Shown in pieces: positions 38,791 to 52,809 of a stretch of 64,000 bases of DNA. Within the stretch, counting starts at the first letter, position 1; each line of letters starts with the position of its first letter. Source of the stretch: Lama glama (taxonomy: Eukaryota). The translations under genes and the position numbers were made by a program. The stretch spans positions 28,832,001 through 28,896,000 of the forward strand of contig CM052818.1 in assembly GCA_028534125.1 (NCBI GenBank), read 5' to 3'. The notes beneath the pieces are model-generated. The model was not told where the DNA came from. It ran no database searches and saw only the letters and a list, made by a program, of their open reading frames with translations.

Positions 38791-38979
38791 AAATTAATTC
38801 CTAATGATGAATTCAGTTATTGGGTTTAACAATAAAAATTCAACTTACCCTTAATTTAGTCAGTGCATCCTAGGCCAAGCACGTAAAAATTTTCCTGGGG
38901 AGAAAAGCCTTTAAGAATGGACTCAGGCAGGATGTTGAGTTTAAGAAAAGAGCTAAATGCTAATGGAAGACCAGCCATG

Positions 38980-39140
38980 AACATAATGTAGCTGATAGGT
39001 TGAAAAAGCATGAGTTTTGGCTTCAGTCAAACATGAATTTGACGTTAGACTTTGTCACTATCCAAGTGATCTATCATAAGAATTGAAAGAATCCAGCTGG
39101 AAAACACCAGACATAAAGTAAACTCACAATAAATTTTGGT
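38980..39140 (+). mobile_element. MIR SINE fragment
   Basis: gaaaaagcatgagttttggcttcagtcaaacatgaatttga..ctttgtcacta. Confidence 0.55.
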
Positions 39141-41094
39141 ATCTCATCCATATACATCACATTCTGTTCCACCTACTTTACAACTTTTTGCAAAGGAATG
39201 CAGCCCATGAAATTGTCTTATCTGGATATCCACAGAGGAAGAAAGCCAATATGGAGATGTAGTTTGCCCTCTTCAAGTATTCTGCTTTCTTTTTAAATCT
39301 TTCCATTCTCAAGTTTATTTCAGTGAGCTAGTCATCACAGAATCCTTGAGACGGCTGCTATCGGATCTGGTTAAAAGTAATGAACTGAAACAAAGTATCA
39401 TGGCAAAACTATGCAAATTGACTCATACCTAAATCAAACTAATAGGCAGACTTCTCACCCACTGCCAGCTAATTCACTTTATGTTACTGGATATTGATTT
39501 TACTTGGAGTGGTGGGAAATCTGTCATGCTTAAGATGCCATCTGTTCTAGCTGCCAATGGATGTTACTTCTCACTTCCAAGGTCTGTTGGCCAAGAGTTC
39601 ATCCCTTATTTCCTGCAGGCTTTTGAAAGCTTCATTAGGTTCCCAGTCAACACTGGACAAGAAATCCAATCTATTTATTCTCATTACTTCTAACAATTGG
39701 CTAATTTTACACTTTGAGTCAGGAGCTTCCCTTCAATCACAGGCACAAAAATCAATGGAAGAAGGGAGAGCTGTAACAGAAGGACATGTGGGTTTTGTGG
39801 AAAAGATAATGGAATTGTAGGCAACCAAACAACAAGAGTTAAGTATGTAAGATTCCACAAGGGTACAGGGTAAGGCTGGAGGGATTACACAGCAGGTATC
39901 AGTTTGTTAGAGGAAATGGTCAGCAAACTTTCAAAGAAAAGTATGTACTGGAAAAATTGGGCTAAGGAGTCTTCCCCTCAAAAAACACGGAATTCTACTT
40001 TGCAGAACACTACAGACATGTCAAATGCTATGGCTGGTGCTACAGTATAGAAATACTTACCCATTTTTACTGATTCACATATGAGTGGGTGATCATACTC
40101 GATGTTATAAAACCAAGTAAGTGAGGAGCTTTAACAAGTTAACTAGGAATAAAATAAGTCTAACTCTAAATAGTGAAGTCTAGTGAACATTTTAATTGTT
40201 GAGGAGTTTTAAAATTATGTGAACCCAGTTATTTCTTTAACAAAACTCACCTGATTTAAATTTTTTTCACTCTATTCAGGACATACATGATGTTTCAATT
40301 TTGAATAATGTTCACTGATTCTTAAGTAGGCAAAGAAAAATAAAACATTTCTGATCCATGGGTTGTTAGACTTTCCCATCTTTCTACAGTATCTGTCAAC
40401 CTAAAACTGACAGTATAATTAGCTGATAACACCTAGGTCAACTGTGGTTGGTAAGTTTTTAACACAGATATATTTAGAAGTGAATACAACTCTAAACAAT
40501 TCTAGTGTTAAGGCTTTGGGGCTTTTTTGGAGCCCTGGTAAAAACAGAAATAAGCAGATTTTGAGGCATGAACAATATATAAAAGTTCAGACATGCAAAG
40601 AGCCCAACCATATATTTAAACAGGCTGTTCATTCCCTTTGGAATAAGTACATACTTAGCAGTGTATGTTCTAGAATGCCTGCTCTGGACACAAGCCTGCT
40701 ATTCCAAGTTTCTGAATTCAGATTCCTGTAATATCCCTGTGTTTCAAATCTATCAGAAAAATTAAGACGAAGAGTCCTCTCAACCACTTTTTTTTTTGGC
40801 CAATTAATTTGTATTTAAGTAATTTTTGCCTATAAAATGTAATAAACATTCACTGCAGAAAGTTGAAGAAAATTAAAACCACTCACATTCTTCCTCACAG
40901 AAATAAGGTCTTGGTGAATGTATATAAATCCTTTTCTATACATATAGACATATATACATAATACTTCTTTGCATAATTGAGACTACACAGGGGAATGACA
41001 TAATATGCATTTTTCTTAATCTATGTATATTGAGAACTTTCTTATGATATTAAATGTTTAAATGTGGAGCAAGATGTTGTATATTTTTGCATAC

Positions 41095-41800
41095 TGATAA
41101 ACAAATATTTACTGTAAGATGGTGAAAAGCACTAAAAAGAATACATAGCAAAGTAAGTAGGATAGAGAGAGTGGGAACTTGGGAAATGACTATTTAGAGT
41201 TCTTAAGGGGGGTGTCACTGATCATATGACATTTGAGCAGAAATTTGGAGCACAGTGCTGCAGCCCTGGGCAGGAGGGTGCCCAGCATATTCAAGAAATT
41301 GCCAGGAGGTCAAGGGAGTCAAAGTGGAATGAACCAGGGAGAGTATCATGAAATGAGTGAAAAAGGAAACAAATATCAGATGTTGATGTAGATATGCCAA
41401 CTAGGTGGGCAGTCTATCAGGTCGTTTGGTCACTGAAATGACTCTGGTCTTTGCTCTGAGTGAAATAGGAAGTCATGGAAGAATTTTGAGCTAAAGAGTG
41501 ATATGATTAGATATCTATTTTAAACAAATTAGCTTTTCTTCTCTGCAGTTAGTAGAATAGAGGGGTAGTGGCAAAAACAAACACAAAAAAACACAGAGAA
41601 ATCTACAGCAATAATCCAAATGAGAGCTAACTATGGCCCTGACCAGGAAAGTAATTGTGGAGATATGAAGAAAAAATTGGGTTCTGGATATATATTGAGG
41701 ATAGAGCCAATACATTTGCTGGTAAATTGGATACAGAGTACAAAAGAAAGAAAAGAGTAAAAGATAACTCCAAATATTTTATCTGAAAATTGACCCTTGA
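41095..41800 (-). mobile_element. LINE-2 (L2a-like) fragment
   Basis: tgacatttgagcaga, ctttgctctgagtgaaataggaagtcatggaagaattttgagc, ttctggatatatattgaggatagagccaa. Confidence 0.85.
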
Positions 41801-41810
41801 AAAAAAAAAT

Positions 41811-42025
41811 CAAAGGTGAACTAACTTCCTACAAAGGGCCATACAGCAAATATTTTAGGCTTATCAACCACGAGGTCTCTGTCACAACTATTCAATTCTA
41901 CTGTGGCATGAAAGCAGTCCTAGACAATAAATAAAACTACAGACACAGTTGTTTTCCAACAAAACTTTATTTACAAAAACAGATCATGACTGGATTGACT
42001 CATAGGATATAGTTTGCTGATGCTT
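41811..42025 (+). mobile_element. MER58A hAT-Charlie MITE
   Basis: aaagggccatacagcaaatattttaggctt..ggtctctgtcacaacta..aaaactttatttacaaaaacag..tagtttgctga. Confidence 0.9.
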
Positions 42026-42309
42026 TAATCTAAGTTGCCAAATTGATGGACACTGCGTTGTTTATAGCATTTCTCTATTGTCAGAAAGACAGCAATTACT
42101 CAGAGGTTTTAACCACCTGTACTATCATACACTTCAGTCCTACCTCTTTAATGGTCATTCATTGATATTTGCTGAGAGTTTTTATAGAATAAATATAATT
42201 TCTCCCTTAAGTATTTGATACCATCCACTTGTGAAGCCATTTGGCCCTGGAGGTGGTTTCTAAAACATATAGGTGTTCAATTTCTTTTTAAGTCAATTTT
42301 GTTGCCTCA

Positions 42310-42423
42310 CAAAACATAATTTCCGAATTTTGTACTCCAGAACTATAAGATAATAAATTTCTGTTGCATCAATTTACTACATTTATGGGGGTTTTTTTAC
42401 AGCAGTGATAAGAAATTAATACA
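42310..42423 (+). mobile_element. MLT1 LTR 3' fragment
   Basis: ctccagaactataagataataaatttctgttg..ttacagcagtgataagaaattaataca. Confidence 0.75.
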
Positions 42424-42879
42424 GATAGTAAAATAGGAGGAAGGCAATTACTGAAGTGGAGACTTAAGAGCATAACTGACATGACACTTACTACAAGCGT
42501 GTTCTCAAACTAATCTATTACAGGAAAAGAGACCTATGAATGTTGAGAATTTGGGAAGTGATTTTCTTAAATTACCCAAGAATTCCTCGAGAAAGTCTTT
42601 TGTGTTCCAGGATATAGTTACTCTAATTTGAAAACCACTGTTGCTAGGAATTGACCACAATAGTATATTGCTGAAACACTGTGGCAGAAAAGATCACTGG
42701 AGGAGAAGTCAAGGAGTTGAAAAGTCAGAGCTGAAGCAATTCTGTTTATAAACAATGAGTTAAAAAGAAATATAAAGGAAATATATTCAGGAGAATAATT
42801 GAGAGCCAGGAGATAAAATCACAAGGAATGAGATGTGGTGACAAGGGAGCTTATCAATGACTGTAAGAAGAATGACAAT

Positions 42880-43320
42880 GGATGTTGAATTGAATGTACA
42901 ATGTGTTTTAATTTATAGCTGATTACATAAAACATCTCCAATTTTCTGCAGATGTTTCTAATGTTAAAGTTACTTACACATTCATCTTGCATATTTCTGA
43001 TTTCCTCATAGAAAAAAAAATCCAGAAACTGAATTACTCGGTCAAAGTGTACATATAGTTTTAAGAATTTTATTACTTTACAAATATCCCTTTAGAAATG
43101 TTTATAAATTTATAACTCCTATCATTGTATGAGGGCCTGAAGTTTCCTGACACCATGGAAATAATAATTTTAAAAATATTTGCTAATTTTATGGCAAAAA
43201 TTTTCTTTACTGATTTAATTTTCATTTTTACTACTAATGAAATATAGTATCTGTATCTATATTTACTGGCTATCTAGATTTGTTTATTTTGTAAATTTTC
43301 TCATTTACTTTAACACTACA
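42880..43320 (-). mobile_element. Old L1 (L1ME-like) fragment
   Basis: tccagaaactgaattactcggtcaaag..tttgctaattttatggcaaaa..atttactggctat is antisense L1 ORF2-end sequence. Confidence 0.6.
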
Positions 43321-43399
43321 AATGCATTGCCTTGGCATTGTCTTTTCTATTTTTAATGAAATGGTAACTCATATCCTATAATACTTAGTTTTCAAGGTG

Positions 43400-43580
43400 T
43401 CTGTATCTCACAATCATCAGTTGGAGTTGGACAAAACAGTGTATTTGTTCTATTTACACATGAAAAACTTAAGACTTAGCAAGAAGAGTTTTCTCTAAGT
43501 TTAGTCAGCTCAAAAATGTAAACCTAACATCAGAACCTAAATGCTCTAAATCTTAATTTAGTGTTTATTCCAAATTCTAC
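43400..43580 (-). mobile_element. MIR SINE fragment
   Basis: ctatttacacatgaaaaacttaagacttag resembles the MIR core. Confidence 0.5.
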
Positions 43581-44739
43581 ATTTCTAGTATATTATAAAC
43601 ATGAGACTTGGAACAAATGCTTAATTTATAACACTCGATTGTACAGGTCTGGCTCACTACAAAAACATCTTACTTAGGACAAAATTGTAGACCATGAAAA
43701 CATGTTTCCTCTATGTTTCTCTTCTCAATCTCAAGGAAGGGGAAGCAGTGGGGGAAAAAAGAAATAATGAAAAAGATAAAAAGATAATTTGCCCTCAATC
43801 TAGCAAACTTCATTAACTGAGGTCAATGCTTTTTTCAGTCAGGAAAAGATTTACATTTCTAAAATAATAAAAGGTTTACTTTTCAAAAAAGACAATGAAT
43901 AGCAGAAACTTCTGAGTACCAACCATGAGTTACAAAGAAATCCATAAAAAGAAGTCACCATAGATGGAAGGAACATTCCTCCAAGACACTGTTGCCTAAC
44001 GAAATCAGGAAAATTGTGGTATTTGTTACTGAAGATAGGAATTTACGAGTTTCTTTCAAAACTGACCCAAGTTATCCAATCAGAATAGCAACTGCTGTGT
44101 AGTAAGATAAGCCCTAAATACTGATTAGTCTGTCATGAGCCCCTTTATAAAGTTTGTCTCTTGTATACAAGTAAAAATTCTACATCCTCCCCCAATTGTT
44201 TTCTAAAAAAAAATTTAAATTTTATAGAAGTCCTTGTGAGATCTAATCCACTGGAGCTGATTGGCCTGTATTACTAGAGAAAGGCAAACTCTTCTTTATA
44301 CCCATGATCTCCTTGGATAAGTCTCACCCCACACTAGAAAACTTTGCATCCCTCAGCGAATGATTAGATTATTTCTGATTGATGACGATGTAGATTACTG
44401 TATCTCAGGGCTATGTGGTTCTCTCCACTGGAAGCAAGTGTTAAAGAGGTGGTACCTGTCTTTGTTATGGGTATATCCGTCAGGATTCCAGATAACCTCT
44501 GGTGACCTACAGTTCTTAAGAACCAGGTTACAGGGGCTGCAGCAAAAAGACTGTAGGCCAACCTTAGCTATATGGTTGAAAAAAGGTGTCATGTCCTATA
44601 CTATTCCACTGATATTACTATGCTTTCGCTGATGACGAAATCTTTAAATCATCTTCTACTGACTATCTTTTTGCGTATTAGTGGGAGCAATTAATTACAA
44701 GATGTTCCCCCATCTTACCTTAAAACCCCAGTTTGCTTA

Positions 44740-45200
44740 TGTACAGGAGAGAAAATATCTTTTTTTCTACCCTTTTAAGTTCTCATCTGGGACCCCTATA
44801 AAAAGACAGATTAACAAGAGAAAAGCATACGAATTTGTTCAAGTTCTACATGACACGGGAGTCTTTGTAAGGAAATGAAGACCTTAAGAAACGGTTAAAC
44901 CTGAGAGTTTTATGCTAGGTTTGATGAAGAATGGAAAGTCATGAAAAGATATGATAGGACAGAGTCTGCACTAATTCTAGCAAACTGGGGAAACTTAGCA
45001 AGGCTTGTTTGTTTAGGTTCCTCTCTGAATGAAGAGAGATAAGGATGCTGCTCCTTTCATCCAGATACAGAGAGGGTACCTCTCATATGAGGGTTTTATG
45101 CCCTGCTTCAGGGAAGTGTCAATAAGTCTGTATTGCACATGTCACTGCTCAAATTCCTTCAGCTTAAAATATGCAATATGCCAAGGTACCATATTCTCAT
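44740..45200 (-). mobile_element. MER34-like ERV1 LTR
   Basis: aaaagacagattaacaagagaaaagcatac, aatgaagacc, ccttcagcttaaaatatgcaatatgccaaggtaccatatt. Confidence 0.8.
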
Positions 45201-47949
45201 TATAATCACAATTCTGTATTTAGCTAAAAAGCATTCCTTTATTTGAGACAACCCAAGTTTCCCCTGATCTACAGTTAGTAATTGTGCCTTTAACACAATC
45301 CTGCACATATGAAGTGACTTTGAACTCAAGGGAGATATCAAATGCCTAATGAGCCAATTTATTTGACTGGTACACTGAATCTTCTCTGTATCAATTTAGA
45401 GTCTCATGTAGTTTTTTTCCCCACTTTTCACAAGATTCCCTGTTCAACTTAACAAAGAAAATGCAGGAAAAACCTGAACACTAAAATCTTCCCCTTCCAT
45501 TGACATTGATGATAAAGACTCTTATGAAGAGGACTTGAAATTATTTTGCAGCTGCCTTAGCCACGGCAGTTCCAAGGGACACTTACTTAGCCATTGTTCC
45601 TTCCCTACTCTCACAAAACCCTGTATCTTTTCCAGTAGCTGAGCACACACCCTTAGCAAAAAAAGGGCTTTCTCTCCAACACCCAGTAGGAATTTGCTCA
45701 CCTCTTAAGTATTTAAGCCTTAGTCCCATGCTAAGCTTCACAATATAGTTAAATATTTTCACAAGTTTATAGGTGATAAGCAAAAATTTAAGGAGAAATC
45801 TAGAATACTGTTATATTTCGATACCCTAGATTGCCAGCTTTACATCAAGTTAATAGATTTTTGGTTACCATATCAGAGGGAGAAAAAAATGACTATTCAA
45901 AGTAGACTGGAAACCTAATGAGCCATTAGATCAGAGGACTTGGATAAAGCAAATAATTAGATTCAAAAGAAAATTACTGTGGACCATTCCTCAGATCTTC
46001 CCTATTATGGTTAACTAACATGTTAGTATAATTAGTATGAACAAGTATTCAAAACTATAAGAAAAAGATACTTGAATCAACTGAGTACTTAAAAAAAAAG
46101 TCTCACTAATACTTTTAAACAATATTCTGGTACCATATCTGGATTTTAAACAGAAATAATAAAATAATTTGGTGAATTTGAGATTGGCAAGTGGTTCATC
46201 TGGAATTACCAAAGATAGATGAGCACTATCAAGACTCTTAAAGAAGAACAAAAGAAAAGGAAAAAGCTTACAGCATTACAAATTAAATAATTGAGTCAAG
46301 ATGACCAAGAGCATTGGAAACAATAAATTCCCTTTTCAAAAGGGTCCTTCTGAAATATTAACACATAACAAGAAATTTATCAAAGAAACCAGAAATAACT
46401 TGGACATTGGAAAAGAGAAAGCCCTATGAAGGCTCAAAAATGATTTAAAAAGCTGATGACATGTCCTATTTGGGACCCAGTGAAGGTTCTTCCAGGGCAT
46501 ATCTTCACAAATAGCTTTCTCCAGTGGTTATTTCAGAGTAAGCTTAGCATAACTGTTTAAGGCAAATCCTGACATTTCTATTGGATGCAAGTTTCATTAT
46601 TCCTACACAAAGCCACTCTACTATACCTTAAGAAATCTCCCAAAGTAAATTAGAGTGTAATTGTCATTGGGAATTTCTACTACTACTCCAAATTTGCCTG
46701 ATTCTGCCTCCTTATCTATTTCCATTAGACTCTTAATAAAAGAACTTAAAAAGTATGTTTTTCTTCTACACAACTCTACTCTGGTTAAATTACTGGGTAG
46801 AATTTTTTTGTAAATGAAATGGCAAAATACAGTTCATTTCAGAAAGAATTACTTTAAAAAGTCTAATGAACTAGATAAACCTAGGCTATAATGGCACTAT
46901 AAAGTTAGGTTATAATTTCTGTATCTTCACATTCCCTTCCTCCTAACAGCCCCCAAAATAGACTGTTTCTCTGGCCTATAAAGGAACAGATCTATAGATA
47001 TACACCATACATTCTAAACAAAAACAGTCAAAATGCAAATACAGACCCATAAACCCATTCCACAAACTTACCCAATACCCATTAAAACCAGAATCTATCA
47101 GAAGAATGAAATAAAAAATTAATTCTCTGTCATATACTATGACATTACATATCTCCTGTTTTCCTGGGTGGGCAGAGGATAGTATTAGGGTTATGATTAG
47201 TGTAATAGGTTCTCAGTGCCATGAATATAGCCTTACTCTCCAAAACAAAACCTAATGCTTCCCATGATCTTTAATCTAGTGAGTGGGTCTATTAGAAAAC
47301 ACATCAGCATATACCCACACCAGAACCTAGCTCCGAGGTATGACTTTGGTACTTTTAATTACTCGTACTGCTATTAAATATCAAGGAATTGAGCCCAATA
47401 CAAGTAAGATAAAATATTTTCCCAATGAATCTATACTCATACTAGGGATTTCACTGAAAGCTAACTAAAAAGCCTTCAGAAGCAGATGAGCCACAAGAGT
47501 AGACACCTATACTAAGATCCTTAGATGAAGTAAACAGCTTTTGAATGTGGATAGCTTGTTTCCAAGTCCTTTGTGTCACACTCCATGACTAGGAGTATGA
47601 ATAGACATGCACTAAATCTTTTTCTTATTTTCTTGCCACTGATAATTTTGTTCTTTACTTTGTGCTGGTTTAATAAGATCTATTGCTCAGATGAATTCCT
47701 AATGATTATTTTGCTTAGAGCTGTAAGTTTAACCTTTGTTACACTTTGGTATTCAGACATTGTCTTATTACAGCTGGCTCATTCTTTTGTTAACCTCTAA
47801 GGAAATAATGACTGGAGGTATATGATTATTTTCCATTTCTTGGTAATGGAATCCCTATGGCCTCAGGACCACATGACTGAGCAGGTTAAGCTGAGTTCTA
47901 TGTGGAAAGAAATTACTTGAGACCTTTCCCTTCTAAAAGTAGGCTCCAC

Positions 47950-49315
47950 AGTCATACTAAGCCAAGGGTATTGTGCTTAAAAAAGCAATCATCATGCAGA
48001 TGCAGGGATTCTTGAGTAAATCATGTCCTCTTCTGCAGAAAACCATTCTCTTTTGACACACAGCTTCTGCTGTACACTGGACTCTGAATAACTGACCATG
48101 AGCCAGAGAGTTACTCCCCATCATAAGCTAAGTGCTGTGTGAACCACCAGGCAATAAAGATTGACACAGGTGGCAGGAGTCCATCATCAGGTGGAAGTGG
48201 TATGTGCAAAATACTGGGCTCCTGAAGGAAGCCACACATAAGCTGCCATGAAACAATGATTTAGAGTCTCATGGTGCATTGCCTCTTCTCCCTCACCTCA
48301 TATCATGGTCTCATGAAGACTCCCCTATTGACGACTTTCCTAAGAAGGGAAAATAGATGGGCATGATATACAGATAGTTCCAAAAGATTATCTAAAATTA
48401 TCCAGAAATGGAAGGCAGTAGTAAGTACCAAAGGGGAGCTATATAAGGAATATCTTTCTTGTAGGTAGACATTTAAGCATTAGAATTTTAAGTTAGATAC
48501 GCTCAAAAGATGAGATTGACTGGAAAACAGAAGTATAAATCTACACTTTTCTGTCTGTTAGTCACTAAAAATTTAGCTGAAGACCAGAGATTTGAAAAGA
48601 ATAAGATTCAAAAATTAGAAAAGCTGCTCAGGAGAAGAGGTATATGGATGGGTCTTTCAGAATAGGCACAAAATGTAGGGGTTATTTCTGTGTCATGTAA
48701 TGAGAGCAGGGTAAACACAGAGAGGAGACACTGAACAATTAGGTGGACAAATGTTCTATTCTGTGAATATCAACTATGGCTGGAGATTATGGAGATTAAA
48801 AATATGAGTTTTCATTCCCCATTACTGGTGTGGCTACATCCACTGCTGAGGGTTCAGCAACATGGATACCAATTCTGTGTTCCTATTAGGCAAAAAAATA
48901 TGATATACTTGCTTAGGACAAAGGGATTATGGATAGCAGAAGCGGGAAGTTACAAATACCAACGATGGCCAAATGACAAGCTGCAGAAAAGAGCTACAAA
49001 CTGCCCATATATTCTTTATTCTTTGATATGTATATATTTGCATAATTTAAGCTTTCTTTGTATCTTTCATTATGAAATATAAATTATGCTCATAGTAGTC
49101 AACTCTGTATTTCAATACTCAAGTCACGGACCATCAGAAATGGCATATGAGCCTTTCTGCCTTCCTTTTTGGGAAGATGAATGTTTCTGCACTTGAATTA
49201 AAGGTTAATTGCATCATATTAGTTGGAAGCAATACATTATATGTGTCTTTATTCAGAAATCAAATATATAAGGAGAAGTATTGCACTTGGATGTTGAGTT
49301 GATAAAAGGGTGAAC
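47950..49315 (+). mobile_element. Decayed ERV-L internal fragment (pol tether/RNase H region to PPT)
   Basis: QESIIRWKWYVQ at 48174-48209, A*YTDSS (cf. AWFTDGS) at 48361, LNN*VDK near 48731, ERV-L-like 3' end near 48945 and PPT aaaagggtgaac; many stops and frameshifts. Confidence 0.8.
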
Positions 49316-49846
49316 TGTGTTGAATGGCTGACTGTCAACTCAGCACTGTCCCTATTCCCCTCATATGCAATGCAGAAGAGTAGCCAGGAAGTAATCACAT
49401 TTTTCAGGATCCACTATTTTGTATGGTTCTGGGTTAGAGATTGCCAATGAGAGAGACTCATGTGATATTCTGCAGGCAGAATGGAGAAATCATTATTCTT
49501 GGGAGTTCATGATAACCAGATTCATGGATCTGAAGGATATTCGGTGATTTCCCAGGCATTCCAGATGTACCCACATTTTTGTGATAACCTGATAGTTGAC
49601 AGGAACTTTCCCAGAGATACTGAGATTGCAGCAATTCTCAGGCAATCAAATCCTTTAAGAATTACATGCTTTAGAACCTCAGGCTGAGGTAATTAGTGAC
49701 TATTTCCCTGACCTTCCAGCTAAAGACTGCCAATATTCACTCTCTCAGCTCTTCAAAAAAATCACAGAAATTCTAACTCCTTTCATTGGCATTGTTTCCC
49801 ATAATATCTAGAGTGGTTCCAATCAACACAAACCCAGACTGATGCA
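49316..49846 (+). mobile_element. ERV-L-class 3' LTR
   Basis: Starts TG immediately after the PPT; ends aacccagactgatgCA, as in ERV-L LTR termini. Confidence 0.75.
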
Positions 49847-51842
49847 AATTATGTGCCTTTTCTTTCATCTATGTGCATTTGCCACTCAAAGTCTCTCTGA
49901 TTTCCAAAGCACAGTCCATCTGTGACACTGGCATGAGCATGTCTCACAAACCTTTATAGGCATTTGGATATGGCTACCTTTTGTTTTGAAAATATAGGGA
50001 AAGATGTAGAGAAGTACTTTCCTGAGGGCTGAACAGTGTTGATGAGAATGGATGCTCGTGGTTTCAGACTGCATTGTGCCAGTATGAGTCCTGGATCCTA
50101 AGTGACAGAAATAACCATATGTTCTTAAACAAACAAACGTACTCTGAGTGTGTTTCTGTGATACTCAGGATCCTCTAAAGTGCAGGGTATAGGACAGGAG
50201 GCTGTCTTGCTCCAACCTGAAGATACTTCTAAGAGCAAGAGTCATCTGTCCAGAAAGACTGCAAAGTGAACTATACTGTATAAATGCTATAACTTCTGGT
50301 CTATATGTCACCATCATTTTAAAACCTATCACAGTCAGAAACTGGGATGCATTGTTTACATGTTTATATAAAGTCACTAAAATACATGGAGTCCATGCTG
50401 TTCCATAAGTAAAAGCAACCTACATTAAATTAGTCATAAGAGCACTAAGTCATATTCCTTCTTTATTATTTACATCAAAGGCCAAGAGGAATGGCTATAT
50501 GCCCACAGATTGGAGGTAAAAAGGTCCACAGATTGTTTTAAGCCTTTTAGAATTATACCTCAGAAATGCTTATAATAAATATACTCAAAATAGCTGAGAA
50601 ACCAACCAAGTGACATGTATGCTGCTGTGCATTTGTTAGACATTTCCTACTGAATCAGAGTTATCTAAGCCCATACAGAAGACATCAATTGCTGTCCCAG
50701 TAGTAAAGAAGATTTTAGGTTCATTTTAATCCTAAGATTAAAGGGATAGAAAAGATGCTGAGAGATCTTCAAGTTCATCAAGATTAGATTTAAATTGCTC
50801 CAAAGAGAACAAAATCCAATCTCTTTAGACTCTCTAGGGAAGAGATATTCAACTTCCTCTGCTACCATTCTCACTGCTGGGACGTGACTCTAACCTAAAT
50901 CAATTCTGTTGCTATTTCCTATCCTTTGTTCCCTAGTAGACAAGCACAGTTTGCATCTTCTTTGTCAGTGAACTCTTTGAGACTGGTTTACTTACATTTT
51001 TACAAAATACATATGTGATCCTGAAGCCTGGGTTCCTTTCTTCAACAATCAATTTATGAGCACCTCTTATGTTATTATGGCTGCTATGCCAGACATTGGG
51101 AAACAGAAAGAAACAAAAGGAGCTCATAATCTAAACTGTAAACCTAAACACCATCTCTAACCTTTGTAGCTCTTTATGGTTTATAAACTGCTTTCATTCT
51201 CTTGTTAATATTTGAACTTCATAAAAACCTTCTAATATTTTCCAGGATTACTCTATCAGTAATATGACCCAAGACATAACAAAGATGTGAGGGATCTTGA
51301 GCGTCATCCCGTATCTTTCAATTCTTTGTCCAAGGCTCTTCTGTATTATGCCTGTTTTATAACAATTTTTATCTGTGAAACCCTTTCTTCAGATGAAAAC
51401 TAAAGCAATAGGCCAGCATATTTGAGATCCAAGCCTGGATCCTACTGCTGCATTTAGTCATACCAGGTATTAGTCTTGCCACCCAATATATTTGTCCTGC
51501 ACATTCATTATAACTAAGATATTCACATTCAAAGTTTAGCAAATAGTTTTCCAAACATTTCATGGAAACATGAAGAACGTACAGATCATTTACTACAAAC
51601 TGAGTGAAGAATTGCATTGGACAACTTCCGCCAAGTATTCTGATATCTACTTAGCCAATCAGTGGTCCTTTCTCTCACCTGGCTACCTTTCCTTCTTGTT
51701 TTCCTTTAAGTTTCCTCTGCCTTGATGCAACACACGCACACAGTCAGCTCTAAAATTCACCGTGCTCACTGTTAATCCTTACCAGTCTGTGCAGCTGTCT
51801 TGAAAGGTGTAGTCAATTTCCCATTTTGACCCAAGTGCTTTA

Positions 51843-52285
51843 ATTGGAGGTTATCTGACTGCAAGTAACAAAAAATAGCCTAAAACTTTCTGTAACAAAA
51901 ATAGTTACGTCCTTATTGCCATAAGGGACTAAGTCAAGTGGTGGAAAGCCTGAGTCACAGGTTTCTTTTGCAGTTTCTCTAGTCCCCAACTCAGTGGCTG
52001 CCCCATTACTATCACCTTCTGAAGAATAATATTATCTGCTTCTCCCAGTAGAATAAGATGCTCCATGAGAGCCAGACAACACTTTAAATACCCATCAAAG
52101 ATTGACAATAATATCCACAACCTGCAAGAGAAAATCTGGTTGACTCAGCACATGCCAGCCAGGTCAGAGGTCCAGTAAACCATGGCCAAAGTGACATAAC
52201 CCATTGTCTATCCAGAAGAGGTGGTGTAAATACACTATCAAGAAGGGGCCTTAAAAAAAAACAAAGAAGGGGCCTTGGATGCAAA
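51843..52285 (-). mobile_element. Old MLT1 (K/L-like) LTR
   Basis: tgactgcaagtaacaaaaaatagcctaaaact start; ccagtaaaccatggccaaag. Confidence 0.5.
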
Positions 52286-52809
52286 TGGTATTGCTAAATA
52301 TACATTTAAGTCATCATTTAAAGCCTATACCTTTGTATTTGAGGTCAATATTTATATATTCAGCCAGTTAGTTAGCCCTTCAATTAACAAATATAAGTTT
52401 CTGCTCTACAGAATAGTCCATATAGAACAAACAACGACCCAAATATGTAGCCTGGCCAAAGACAACCAGTCTAGTAGACAGTAAAGCATGTATACAAATA
52501 AGATAGAATACAATGTTCCTCCAATAAGGATCTGTTGGTTTATTTCTGTGATTCCATAAAGTTGTTTATGATAGTGTTTAAATATTGCCTTTGCATTTTG
52601 TTGAGAGTCCAGATTATCTAGATAAACCTCTAGTAACCATGCTTTGCCACAGACTTTCATTGCTTAAGTCTGATTAGTATTTATGTGTAAGGTATGAAAT
52701 GACCACCTGTTTCATCAAGTGTTTCTTACACTGGAATACACAAGTATATCTGGGAAACTTTGAGATTACTCAAGTTTAAGAAGAATTGATGTAAGAAAGT
52801 TGAGAAGGT

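Noticed and set aside
40250..40320. Minus-strand AG..GTGAGT-bounded segment
   Set aside because: Stops in all three frames, weak AAG acceptor and no other support
44380..44640. tgatgacga occurring twice, suggesting box C/D snoRNA motifs
   Set aside because: Spacing of about 250 nt, no terminal stem, no purine before TGATGA and no recognisable rRNA guide
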